A stretch of 55,841 bases of DNA from a virus (Duplodnaviria; Caudoviricetes): IMG/VR virus record IMGVR_UViG_3300037339_000150, positions 1 to 55,841 of that record; one strand, 5' to 3'. Made by a program: the position numbers and the translations under genes. The notes under the pieces are model-generated. The model searched no databases. It saw only the letters and a list, made by a program, of their open reading frames with translations, and had not been told where the DNA came from. Positions 1-7,897 of the stretch are shown piece by piece. The number at the start of each line of letters is the position of its first letter. Within the stretch, counting starts at the first letter, position 1.

Positions 1-470
1 TCGCCCAGAGGCTCGCCGAAATGCGCTTCGTACAGGAACTCTGCGGCCTCGGCGACCAGCATCATCTCCGGTTGCATGATGGCGAGCACCTCGCCTCGGA
101 CCTCTGGGAACACAGCCTTGAAGGGAATGGTCGGGTCTGCCGTGAAGCCACTGCGCTCAACGCGAATGACCCGCAGGCCGGGAATGTACGGCTCGAATTG
201 CTCGATGCCTTTCACCGTTCCATCGGTCGATCCGTTGTCAACGATGATGACCTCGAAGTTGCGCCACGTCTGCCGGGCGATGCACTCCAATGCCCGTTGA
301 ATCTGGGAGACCCGGTAGTTGGAAAACGCCATGAGGAACGTGAGCTTCGGAGTCTGGTTCGCCTCTCGTTTCGTGACCGGCTTCAGGTCGTCGAGTACCA
401 ACGTGGGCTGGGTGCGCCACATATCCGGGGAGTCTGGCTTGAAGGCTAGGAACTTGTCGGGCGGAAGCAT
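1..470 (-). CDS. Glycosyltransferase family 2 (partial, runs off the left edge); paralogue of 470..1501
   Basis: Not in the ORF track. Manual translation from ATG 470 (TGATG overlap with the upstream stop) gives MLPPDKFLAFKP...AFSNYR...ARQTWRNFEVIIVDNGSTDGT...AIMQPEMML, collinear with the 343 aa GT2. Confidence 0.85.
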   Translation of the reverse strand, partial: MLPPDKFLAFKPDSPDMWRTQPTLVLDDLKPVTKREANQTPKLTFLMAFSNYRVSQIQRALECIARQTWRNFEVIIVDNGSTDGTVKGIEQFEPYIPGLRVIRVERSGFTADPTIPFKAVFPEVRGEVLAIMQPEMMLVAEAAEFLYEAHFGEPLG

Positions 471-1501
471 CAGGTTCTCGCCTTCATGGCTTGGTAAACC
501 TCGGCCGGGGAGCGAAGCTCCTTGCGCGGGAAGTCGTCGGGCCAGCGCCCCTGAGCATCCAGCGCCGCCAGAATGCCGTCCTGCGAATCAAGGTACTGCT
601 CGCAGTTCTCCGAGTTCTCAAGCGGGGCAATCGCCGTCATCAGGTGGCTCTGGTGATAGCCGTAGAAGCCGGGGTTGTTGATGTCCCGATAGCCGAAGAC
701 GTGCCTGTAGTTCAGGAGCCAGAAGTCAATGCTGGCGTGACCTCGAAACACCGGCATGTCGGACCACAGCGGGTCGTCGGCCAGAGCCGATCCACAGAAC
801 CAGAAGGGCATCTGCTCGGTCTTCCACTTCTCGTTGCCCCAGTGCGCCATTCCCCGCTGATGGAGGTAGAAGTCGCGCAGGCCCTCGATGTTCCGCGTGC
901 TCCTTTGCCAATCCACGCCGTCTATCGTGTTCTGGCATGAAGGGTCGAGAAACCCGATGCGCAGAGAAACGTAGCGCCGAAGCCGCGTCATCGCGTCGAG
1001 TTCCGGCCTGTAGAAGACGTAGGAGTTGGTTCCCGGCTGTTCGGCGAAGTGCGCATCGTACAGGAAGCGGGCGGCATCCTCCACGAGCATGATTTCGGGT
1101 TGCATAATGGCAATCACGCGTCCTCGGGCCAGCGGGAGCGCCGCTTTGATCCCGGCAGTCGGACAGGCCGTGAAACCTTGGCGCTCTAGCCGGAGCGACC
1201 GCAGGCCCGGAACGTAGGGGATGAACGGGGCGATGGCGTTGGCCGTGCCGTCCGTCGAGCCGTTGTCCACAACGATCACCTCGAAGCTCCGCCATGTCTG
1301 GCGGGCGAGGCAGTAGAGCGACCGCATGAGTTGGGAGTAGCGGTAGTTGGAAAACGCGGTGATGATGGTCAAGAGCGGCGGTTCACTCGCTCCCGGCTCG
1401 CCGAACGTGGGCATCAGATCGCCCATGCGAAGCTCGGGGGCGAAGGGCCACGGGTTCTTCTCGGCTGGCTCGAAGCTCGCAAACTTCTCCGGTGGGAACA
1501 C
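470..1501 (-). CDS. Glycosyltransferase family 2
   Basis: GT-A N-terminal signature LTIITAFSN...LARQTWRSFEVIVVDNGSTDGT...ARGRVIA; C-terminal YHQSH. Confidence 0.88.
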   Translation of the reverse strand: MFPPEKFASFEPAEKNPWPFAPELRMGDLMPTFGEPGASEPPLLTIITAFSNYRYSQLMRSLYCLARQTWRSFEVIVVDNGSTDGTANAIAPFIPYVPGLRSLRLERQGFTACPTAGIKAALPLARGRVIAIMQPEIMLVEDAARFLYDAHFAEQPGTNSYVFYRPELDAMTRLRRYVSLRIGFLDPSCQNTIDGVDWQRSTRNIEGLRDFYLHQRGMAHWGNEKWKTEQMPFWFCGSALADDPLWSDMPVFRGHASIDFWLLNYRHVFGYRDINNPGFYGYHQSHLMTAIAPLENSENCEQYLDSQDGILAALDAQGRWPDDFPRKELRSPAEVYQAMKART

Positions 1502-1502
1502 C

Positions 1503-1796
1503 CTACCTCCCCAGACCTAGCCAATACCGAGCGTCGAGTTCGCTCGCTTGCTTGATAACGCCCGGCCGCTTGTTCCCACAACACCCGCCTCTGACAGCGA
1601 GCAGGCAGGGAACATCTGCGGGCGTCGCCCATGCCATGCTCACGTTATTCCGATAGATGAAGTCGTATTGAACCTGCTTCTTGTCGTCCCGGTTGCAGAT
1701 AACCCGGATGTGCCCAGCGTTCAGGTAGCGCATGGCGACCTGTCCTTCTGGGTTGGAAATCGTGCCGTCGGGGAGAACCGTGTAGGGATCAGGCAT
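1503..1796 (-). CDS. Small hypothetical protein (GGCCG motif)
   Basis: Start re-assigned to ATG 1796 (MPDPYTV) behind a GAGGAAG; abuts the next gene. The track's extension to 1898 covers a repeat-rich intergenic region. Confidence 0.65.
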   Translation of the reverse strand: MPDPYTVLPDGTISNPEGQVAMRYLNAGHIRVICNRDDKKQVQYDFIYRNNVSMAWATPADVPCLLAVRGGCCGNKRPGVIKQASELDARYWLGLGR

Positions 1797-1856
1797 GGCG
1801 ACTGCGGCTTCCTCGGATGATAGCCCATTTGTGCTGGTGGCGCAAGCATAGTACCG

Positions 1857-1930
1857 AAGTACCATTGTGGCCGGGTATTTGCTACCTAGCAGGACCAAAG
1901 TACCATTGTGCTAGGCCGAGAGTTTGCTAC
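1857..1930. repeat. Intergenic direct repeats AAGTACCATTGTG x2 and TTTGCTAC x2 (possible tandem promoters/operators)
   Basis: AAGTACCATTGTG at 1857 and 1898; TTTGCTAC at 1878 and 1923. Confidence 0.55.
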
Positions 1931-1937
1931 AATGAAG

Positions 1938-1966
1938 GAAGGCCGGGGATGCGCACCCCGGCCTTC
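1938..1966 (-). terminator. Probable intrinsic terminator after capsid copy 2
   Basis: GAAGGCCGGGG-N7-CCCCGGCCTTC hairpin ~50 nt after the stop; weak U-tract. Confidence 0.6.
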
Positions 1967-2014
1967 GCTTTGTCTAGCGTCGCCCGTCGCAGGCACGAGG
2001 CCCGTGGCCCATCG

Positions 2015-3214
2015 CTAGCCGATGACCGGGCAGGTTGTCACAATGCGGCCGGTGAAAAAGCCGCGATAGCGACCGTGAGCGCAACAGTGCTTCACGATAA
2101 GCGCCGTCTTGGCCCAGACCTCGAAGGCGATGGCCGTACAGCCGGGAGCCAAGTCCTTCAAGGCGAGGGGGATTTGGGTCAGCTTGTAAACCAGCTTCAC
2201 GCCGTTGTGCGTCATCCGCATCGCAAACAGGTCCGACATGAACAGGTTTGCGCCTGCCGCCGTCCGAGTGAAGTTGTTGTCGGCGACCACGCCCAAGCGG
2301 CCAACCCCAGTGTTGACGAACCCACCGAAGTTGAAGCCCGGAACAATCCGGTCCCCGGTGTTGAAGTTGACGACTTGCGAACCAGCAAAACCAAGCTGGA
2401 AGTAGGCGCTCATCATCTCCTGAACGGCCTGCGGATGACCAAAGATGGTCGTAGGCTTGGCGCAGGACTCGCTTAGGAAGCGGTCGAACGTCGCGGCGCT
2501 GAACGTACCGGAACTTGTTTCCGCCTTGTAGTGAGCGCAGGTCGTTGCCACTAGCGTCTCGAAGCCCGAGAAGGCCAGAGCGTCGGCCCCAGCGTTGCCA
2601 AGGACAAGGAGACGGTCCCACCCATTCAGAACGAGGGTCATCGCCAGCCGGACTTCTTTCTCCTTCAGGTCGGCGATGTATTCGTTCTGGAACGTGCCAA
2701 CGTTCGACCCGCCCGGCATTCCCTCGCTCGCAGGAGCGGGGCCGATGAGGCGGTTGATCCCGTGCCAGTTCGCGGCGGCGACAGCGGCGGAGTGCATGAT
2801 GTCGCTGATTCCCAAAGTCTTCTTCGCCCCGATGTTCTTCAGAGTGATGGTCGTATTGTCTCCGTCATGCTTGTATTCCTCGGGACACGCGCCATCGGCG
2901 AAGGAGATGTACGCCGACCCCGACGTGAACGCGAGTTCGTTCAACTCGCGCCAAGTGTGAGCCAGCAAGGAGGTGTTCTCCTCTGGGAGCGCACGCCAAA
3001 CCGAAATCTCCTCGCACATGGCAACGATTTCGGTCGGATCGAGCGGCTGGGGGTACTGCGCGGCGAAATCTCCCGGAGTTTCGTATGGCGGATAGAGCAC
3101 CGGCTCGTTCCGCGCTTGTTCTTCCGGGAAGTAGCGGGCGCGACTCACAAAGGGCTGTCCGCCAGCCATGTCTTTGACGACCTCGCCCGCCAAGTCGTGA
3201 AGGATTGGGGCCAT
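2015..3214 (-). CDS. Major capsid protein, copy 2 (HK97-fold, predicted)
   Basis: About 95% identical to 4667..5839 from PLDPTEI onward; own RBS (GGAGAGAGGAGAAACGACA-ATG). Confidence 0.8.
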   Translation of the reverse strand: MAPILHDLAGEVVKDMAGGQPFVSRARYFPEEQARNEPVLYPPYETPGDFAAQYPQPLDPTEIVAMCEEISVWRALPEENTSLLAHTWRELNELAFTSGSAYISFADGACPEEYKHDGDNTTITLKNIGAKKTLGISDIMHSAAVAAANWHGINRLIGPAPASEGMPGGSNVGTFQNEYIADLKEKEVRLAMTLVLNGWDRLLVLGNAGADALAFSGFETLVATTCAHYKAETSSGTFSAATFDRFLSESCAKPTTIFGHPQAVQEMMSAYFQLGFAGSQVVNFNTGDRIVPGFNFGGFVNTGVGRLGVVADNNFTRTAAGANLFMSDLFAMRMTHNGVKLVYKLTQIPLALKDLAPGCTAIAFEVWAKTALIVKHCCAHGRYRGFFTGRIVTTCPVIG

Positions 3215-3232
3215 TGTCGTTTCTCCTCTCTC

Positions 3233-4582
3233 CTAGCGCAGTTCGCGCCAGCGGATGCTCGCCGCGGAGTCCGTGGCGGCTTGCTGGGAGTCCATGCTCG
3301 TAGCGACCACGGTCAGGATGTCGGATGGAGTCCCGGTCGGATGCCCACCGCCAATGGTCAGGGCCAATGGGAGCCGGGTCATTGCATCCCGGACCATCGA
3401 GCCAATCAGCTTGCTCTGGTTCGATGTGGCCGCTGGAACGTAGGCGTCGGCAAGCACGAGTCCGCCAACGATGGCCGTGGCCTCCTTGTCTACCTCAACC
3501 GCCGAGTGAGTGGTGTCAAAGTTGGCGAAGGAACCTGAAGTGAGGACCCCGCCATAGACAACCTCGAAATAGGTCGGCTTGTCCTCGGCGTAGAATTGGT
3601 AGTCCAGCGGCACGATGACCGCGTGGTTGACTTTCGCCCCGTAGGTCAGGCGAGGCCGAATGGAAATCAGCGGGCGGCGAGTTGTGATGCTCTTTATGGT
3701 CGCCCCGTTCCCGGCAGTGAAGGACGGCCCAGCCTCTTCCTCTTGCCCGCCCTCGCTCATCACGGAACAGCAGATTTGCTTGAGGGTGAACGTGCCGGTC
3801 AGGGTTGGGCCGCTCTCGATTTCGTAGCGGATGGGCAGGTTGGCCGTCGCCATGTAGACGTACTCGGCCTCGTTCGATGCGTTGAAGGTATGAACGATGT
3901 AGGGCTTGCCGTCAATGACAAACCCGACGCGCACACGCCCGACCCCCAACCACTCAAGGTCAATCATCACAATCTGGACCTTGGTAACATCCAGCGTTAC
4001 GAGGGTTGGCAGGTATCCCTTGAGTGGGTCCTGCCAGTCGTTCTGTACGACCCGCTCCTCCCGCACCAGTCCGTCCAGCGAGGTATAGCGCCGGACGAAG
4101 GCCGGAACCCCGCCATCGACCTCGAAGAAGATGCCGTTCTGGGGGTCGAAGTATCCGACCCGCTGGGCAACATCAACCGGCCAGTGAAGCAGGCCCGTGT
4201 CGTCCATCAGGAAGGTAGCAAGGATGAGTTGCGACTTCCCCGGCTGGTAGCGATGGTACTGCTTTGTCTGCCGGGCGTACATGGCGTTGCCTTGAGACAC
4301 ACTCAGGAGAACGGCAGGCTCGTTGGTCGAGTATGCGGCCTGAGCCGTTCCCGTGGAGTAGTCGTTCCACTGCAACACCTTCTCGGTGTATTCCAGCGTG
4401 CTGTCGAAAAGATTGACTGGTGACGAAACGCGCAGGCGACCAAACGCATCTGCCGAAGCCGAGTCCACATCAAACGCCATCGAAACCGAGCCGGTGACGC
4501 CGATGTAGTTTCCGGCCCCAAGTCTCACGGTCGGGACAACGATGCCATCAAACCAATCATCAAGTCCTTCTAGGGGGTTCAT
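3233..4582 (-). CDS. Phage virion structural protein (beta-rich, DAFGRLRVS family)
   Basis: DAFGRLRVSSP..LFD, YQPGKSQ, RVGYFD..NGIFFE, EWLGVGRVRVGF, YMATANLPIRYEI pattern recalled from a widespread phage protein family; lies between the capsid genes. Confidence 0.65.
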   Translation of the reverse strand: MNPLEGLDDWFDGIVVPTVRLGAGNYIGVTGSVSMAFDVDSASADAFGRLRVSSPVNLFDSTLEYTEKVLQWNDYSTGTAQAAYSTNEPAVLLSVSQGNAMYARQTKQYHRYQPGKSQLILATFLMDDTGLLHWPVDVAQRVGYFDPQNGIFFEVDGGVPAFVRRYTSLDGLVREERVVQNDWQDPLKGYLPTLVTLDVTKVQIVMIDLEWLGVGRVRVGFVIDGKPYIVHTFNASNEAEYVYMATANLPIRYEIESGPTLTGTFTLKQICCSVMSEGGQEEEAGPSFTAGNGATIKSITTRRPLISIRPRLTYGAKVNHAVIVPLDYQFYAEDKPTYFEVVYGGVLTSGSFANFDTTHSAVEVDKEATAIVGGLVLADAYVPAATSNQSKLIGSMVRDAMTRLPLALTIGGGHPTGTPSDILTVVATSMDSQQAATDSAASIRWRELR

Positions 4583-4605
4583 TGAAAATCCCTCCGCAGT
4601 TAGAA

Positions 4606-4637
4606 GGGGCCGGTCGGTACGCTACCCGACCGGCCCC
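4606..4637 (-). terminator. Intrinsic terminator after capsid copy 1
   Basis: Perfect 12-bp stem GGGGCCGGTCGG-N8-CCGACCGGCCCC followed by TTCT on the minus strand, 30 nt after the stop. Confidence 0.7.
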
Positions 4638-4666
4638 GGCCTATCGCTTCTCGTGTCCGGTTCGGT

Positions 4667-5839
4667 TTACCCGATGACCGGGCAGGTGGTCACGATGCGT
4701 CCCGTGAAGAAGCCGCGGTAGCGGCCGTGGGCGCAACAGTGCTTGACGATGAGCGCCGTCTTGGCCCACACCTCGAATGCGATGGCCGTACAGCCGGGCA
4801 CCAAGTCCTTCAGAGCGAGCGGGATTTGGGTCAGCTTGTAGACCAGCGGCACCCCATTGTGGGTCATGCGGAGCGCGAACAGGTCGGACATGAACAGGTT
4901 TGCACCTGCCGCCGTCCGGGTGAAGTTGTTGTCAGCAACCACGCCCAAGCGGCCAACGCCGGTGTTGACGAACCCACCGAAGTTGAAGCCCGGCACAATC
5001 CGGTCTCCCGTGTTGAAGTTCACAACCTGCGAGCCTGCGAACCCCAACTGGAAGTACGCGCTCATCATTTCCTGAATGGCCTGCGGGTGGCCGAAGATGG
5101 TCGTCGGCTTGGCGCAGGATTCGCTCAGGAAACGGTCGAACGTCGCGGCGCTGAACGTGCCGGACGCGGTTTCGGCCTTGTAGTGGGCGCAGGTCGTCGC
5201 CACCAAGGTCTCGATGCCGGAGAAAGCCAGCGCGTCGGTCCCGGCATTGCCGAGGACGAGCAAGCGATCCCACCCGTTCATCACGAGCGTCATCGCCAGC
5301 CGGATTTCCTTCTCCTTCAGGTCGGCAACGTACTCTTGCTGGAACGTGCCTTCGTTCGCCCCACCGGGAAGACCCTCGCTTGCAGGGGCAGGACCGATGA
5401 GCCGATTGATGCCGTGCCAGTTCGCGGCGGCAACCGCGGCCGAGTGCATGATGTCCGAGATACCAAGCGTCTTCTTCGCTCCGATGTTCTTGAGCGTGAT
5501 GGTCGTGTTATCGCCATCGTGCTTGTATTCCTCGGGGCACGCACCATCGGCGAACGAGATGTACGCCGAGCCTGAGGTGAACGCGAGTTCATTCAACTCG
5601 CGCCATGTGTGCGCCTGCAAGGAGGTCGTCTCCTCGGGAAGCGCCTGCCAAACCGAAATCTCCTCGCACATGGCGATGATTTCGGTCGGGTCGAGCGGGG
5701 TCGGATACTGCGCGGCGAAGTCGCCCGGCGTCGAGTACGTCGGCGAAATCACCGGGTCGGAAGCACGGCTTACGAAGGGCGCTCCGCCCGCCATATCCTT
5801 GACGACCTCGCCCGCCAAGTCGGGAACGATGCGGTCCAT
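4667..5839 (-). CDS. Major capsid protein, copy 1 (HK97-fold, predicted)
   Basis: 390 aa, directly downstream of the protease/scaffold, strong RBS, terminator after it; HK97-like pattern ISFADG...TLKNIG...NGWDRLLVLGN...FSGI. Confidence 0.85.
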   Translation of the reverse strand: MDRIVPDLAGEVVKDMAGGAPFVSRASDPVISPTYSTPGDFAAQYPTPLDPTEIIAMCEEISVWQALPEETTSLQAHTWRELNELAFTSGSAYISFADGACPEEYKHDGDNTTITLKNIGAKKTLGISDIMHSAAVAAANWHGINRLIGPAPASEGLPGGANEGTFQQEYVADLKEKEIRLAMTLVMNGWDRLLVLGNAGTDALAFSGIETLVATTCAHYKAETASGTFSAATFDRFLSESCAKPTTIFGHPQAIQEMMSAYFQLGFAGSQVVNFNTGDRIVPGFNFGGFVNTGVGRLGVVADNNFTRTAAGANLFMSDLFALRMTHNGVPLVYKLTQIPLALKDLVPGCTAIAFEVWAKTALIVKHCCAHGRYRGFFTGRIVTTCPVIG

Positions 5840-5918
5840 TGTCGTCTCTCCTAGATCAAGTATGTTGAGTGTTGGCCGGATACGTCGGTCGCTTCACGCG
5901 GCAGAGCCGCACGCAACC

Positions 5919-7895
5919 TTACTCGTCCGACAGGCCAACCGACCGTCGGGCGATACTGCGAAGCCGACTTCCGCCCTTCTCGGGCTGACTTCGGACGACC
6001 ACACCGGGCGTTGGAGCACCCACCGAACTCCGCACGATGGCCCGGAGAGCACGCCGCTCTGGGATCAGAGAGGCTTGACGCTTCATCGGGGTCACGGGCG
6101 GAGCGGCGCGTGACGCCAACTCCGTGCGGAACGAGGCCATTTCCTGCACGAGCGGTGCGACTGCCGCACGCACAATCTCGGCCAACGCGTCTTCGTCCGA
6201 CGTTTCTTCATCCGCCGGGGCCTTGCCCTTCATCGGGGGCTTGGCTCCCTTGGCGGGGGCTTCCTTGGGTGGTACCTGCTCCTCGGCCGGAGGAACCTGC
6301 TCTGCCTGCACTTCCTCGCCTCCGCCCTCGACGTTCTCCATGATGGCGTCCGCCAGAGCGTTGAGCGCAGGCTGGATCATCTGAAGGCGGGTGGTCCGGT
6401 CTCCGCCGGAGGCCACTGCCTCATCGAAAGCGGCCTTGAGGGAAGCGTAGGCTTCGTCCAAGATGTGCGACTCGCCTTCCGGCGCTTCCTCTGGCACAAC
6501 TTCCTCTTCGACTTCCTCTTCCATCTGGTCTTCGGTTTCCTCGGCCGGTGTTTCTTCTCCGGCGGCAGGCTTCTGCTTGGCGAACGGGTTGGGCTTCTTG
6601 GCCTTGGCCGGAGCCTCTTCCTCATCGCCGAAGGCTCGCCCACGCAGGGCTTCCTTCACGGCGACCAGAGCATCCACGGCCAACGAATCAAGCCGGGATT
6701 GGTAATCCGCCACGGCCTTCTCGACCATCCCTGCCTTGCCCGGATCGCCGACAAGGTTCTTCAGGATGCCAACCAGCACTCCCTGAGCGTCCACGAAGGA
6801 CTCGCTCACGGAACGAGTCAGGAAGGCTTCTGCCTCATCCATGTTCTCTGCTCCGCCAAACGAAGGTTCTCCGCCATCAGCCTCGGCCTTGTCGTCGGCA
6901 TCTTCCTCGGTGGTGATCGGAGGGGCGACCTCGCGAATGACAATCGCCGAGGCGTCCATCGCGGGGGCCGATTTCTGGGTCAGGGTCTTGCTTCGGCGTT
7001 CCAGTTCGTCGGCCAGTTCATCGCCGACGACAGAAGCCGCGTCATCGCGTCGTGCGCTCATGGACCTTTCCTCCAAGGCAATAGTAGTTTCGACGTAAGC
7101 GGGCCTCCGTGTCAAGGCCAAATGCACCAATTGACCAGACCTGTAGACCTTCTCGCCTGCGCCGGAATCGCAGTGCGGACACCTGTCCAGCAGACTCTTT
7201 CGGGTGAAAGTGCCCGCTCCTTCGTGGTCGTGTCCCCAGTCCACGAAGGCGATTGAAACTCGAACTCGCTGATCGGTCGGCCGATTCAGCCGGATGTCTT
7301 CCTGAACAGCCTTGAATGCGGCATCGGCCAACGGGCCGTCCGTGAACGTCCCGCGGGCCTTGAAAATGTCGGCGTCAACCCACACGCGGTCGGTTTGGCC
7401 CACGATGGCCTCGCCTTCCATGTCGAGGTAGTGCGCCACGCCCAAGTAGGGAAGCCCGCCCTTCCACGCCCGGCTCGCGAACGGCTCCGGGGCCTTCTCC
7501 TTGGCCTCGATACGCTTGATGAAGTCCTTGAACAGCGGAACGCTCATCTTCTCGTTGTAGAGGTCCCGCTTGGTCCCCGAGGCCGTCGAGTACCAGCGCC
7601 GGACGCCGGTCTGGGGATCACGGCTCACCCGATTGATAAACAGGGACAACTCGGCGGTGCTTCGTCCAATGCTCCCCATCGCTCCTGCTTGCATCGCTGA
7701 CATGCTCCCGTTGGCTGGATGTGGCCGGTACAGGCGGCAGATGTCGTCTGCACTCGGCGAGACGGCTACGGTGACGCACGATCCGTTCTGGTAGGCGATG
7801 CAGTCCCCGCAACGATGCGAAGGCATCCCCATGCCGAGGCGGAAATAGGCTTCCTTGGGTTCGATGCGAACTTCGGTGTCAGCCATTAGGGTCAC
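5919..7895 (-). CDS. Prohead protease-scaffold fusion with N-terminal Cys-rich domain
   Basis: HK97/assemblin-like motifs STASGTKRDLYNEKM, VAHY (His), RVSIAF (Ser), LVHLALTRRPAY; acidic helical C-half typical of scaffolds; immediately upstream of the capsid gene. Start may be 7886. Confidence 0.8.
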   Translation of the reverse strand: MTLMADTEVRIEPKEAYFRLGMGMPSHRCGDCIAYQNGSCVTVAVSPSADDICRLYRPHPANGSMSAMQAGAMGSIGRSTAELSLFINRVSRDPQTGVRRWYSTASGTKRDLYNEKMSVPLFKDFIKRIEAKEKAPEPFASRAWKGGLPYLGVAHYLDMEGEAIVGQTDRVWVDADIFKARGTFTDGPLADAAFKAVQEDIRLNRPTDQRVRVSIAFVDWGHDHEGAGTFTRKSLLDRCPHCDSGAGEKVYRSGQLVHLALTRRPAYVETTIALEERSMSARRDDAASVVGDELADELERRSKTLTQKSAPAMDASAIVIREVAPPITTEEDADDKAEADGGEPSFGGAENMDEAEAFLTRSVSESFVDAQGVLVGILKNLVGDPGKAGMVEKAVADYQSRLDSLAVDALVAVKEALRGRAFGDEEEAPAKAKKPNPFAKQKPAAGEETPAEETEDQMEEEVEEEVVPEEAPEGESHILDEAYASLKAAFDEAVASGGDRTTRLQMIQPALNALADAIMENVEGGGEEVQAEQVPPAEEQVPPKEAPAKGAKPPMKGKAPADEETSDEDALAEIVRAAVAPLVQEMASFRTELASRAAPPVTPMKRQASLIPERRALRAIVRSSVGAPTPGVVVRSQPEKGGSRLRSIARRSVGLSDE

Positions 7896-7897
7896 GC

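Noticed and set aside
2015-5839. Duplicated capsid as a DGR template/variable pair or a simple assembly duplication
   Set aside because: Differences are spread over wobble positions and not adenine-specific; no reverse transcriptase in the window; the copies are too diverged for a collapsed repeat (a strain chimera still needs a read check).
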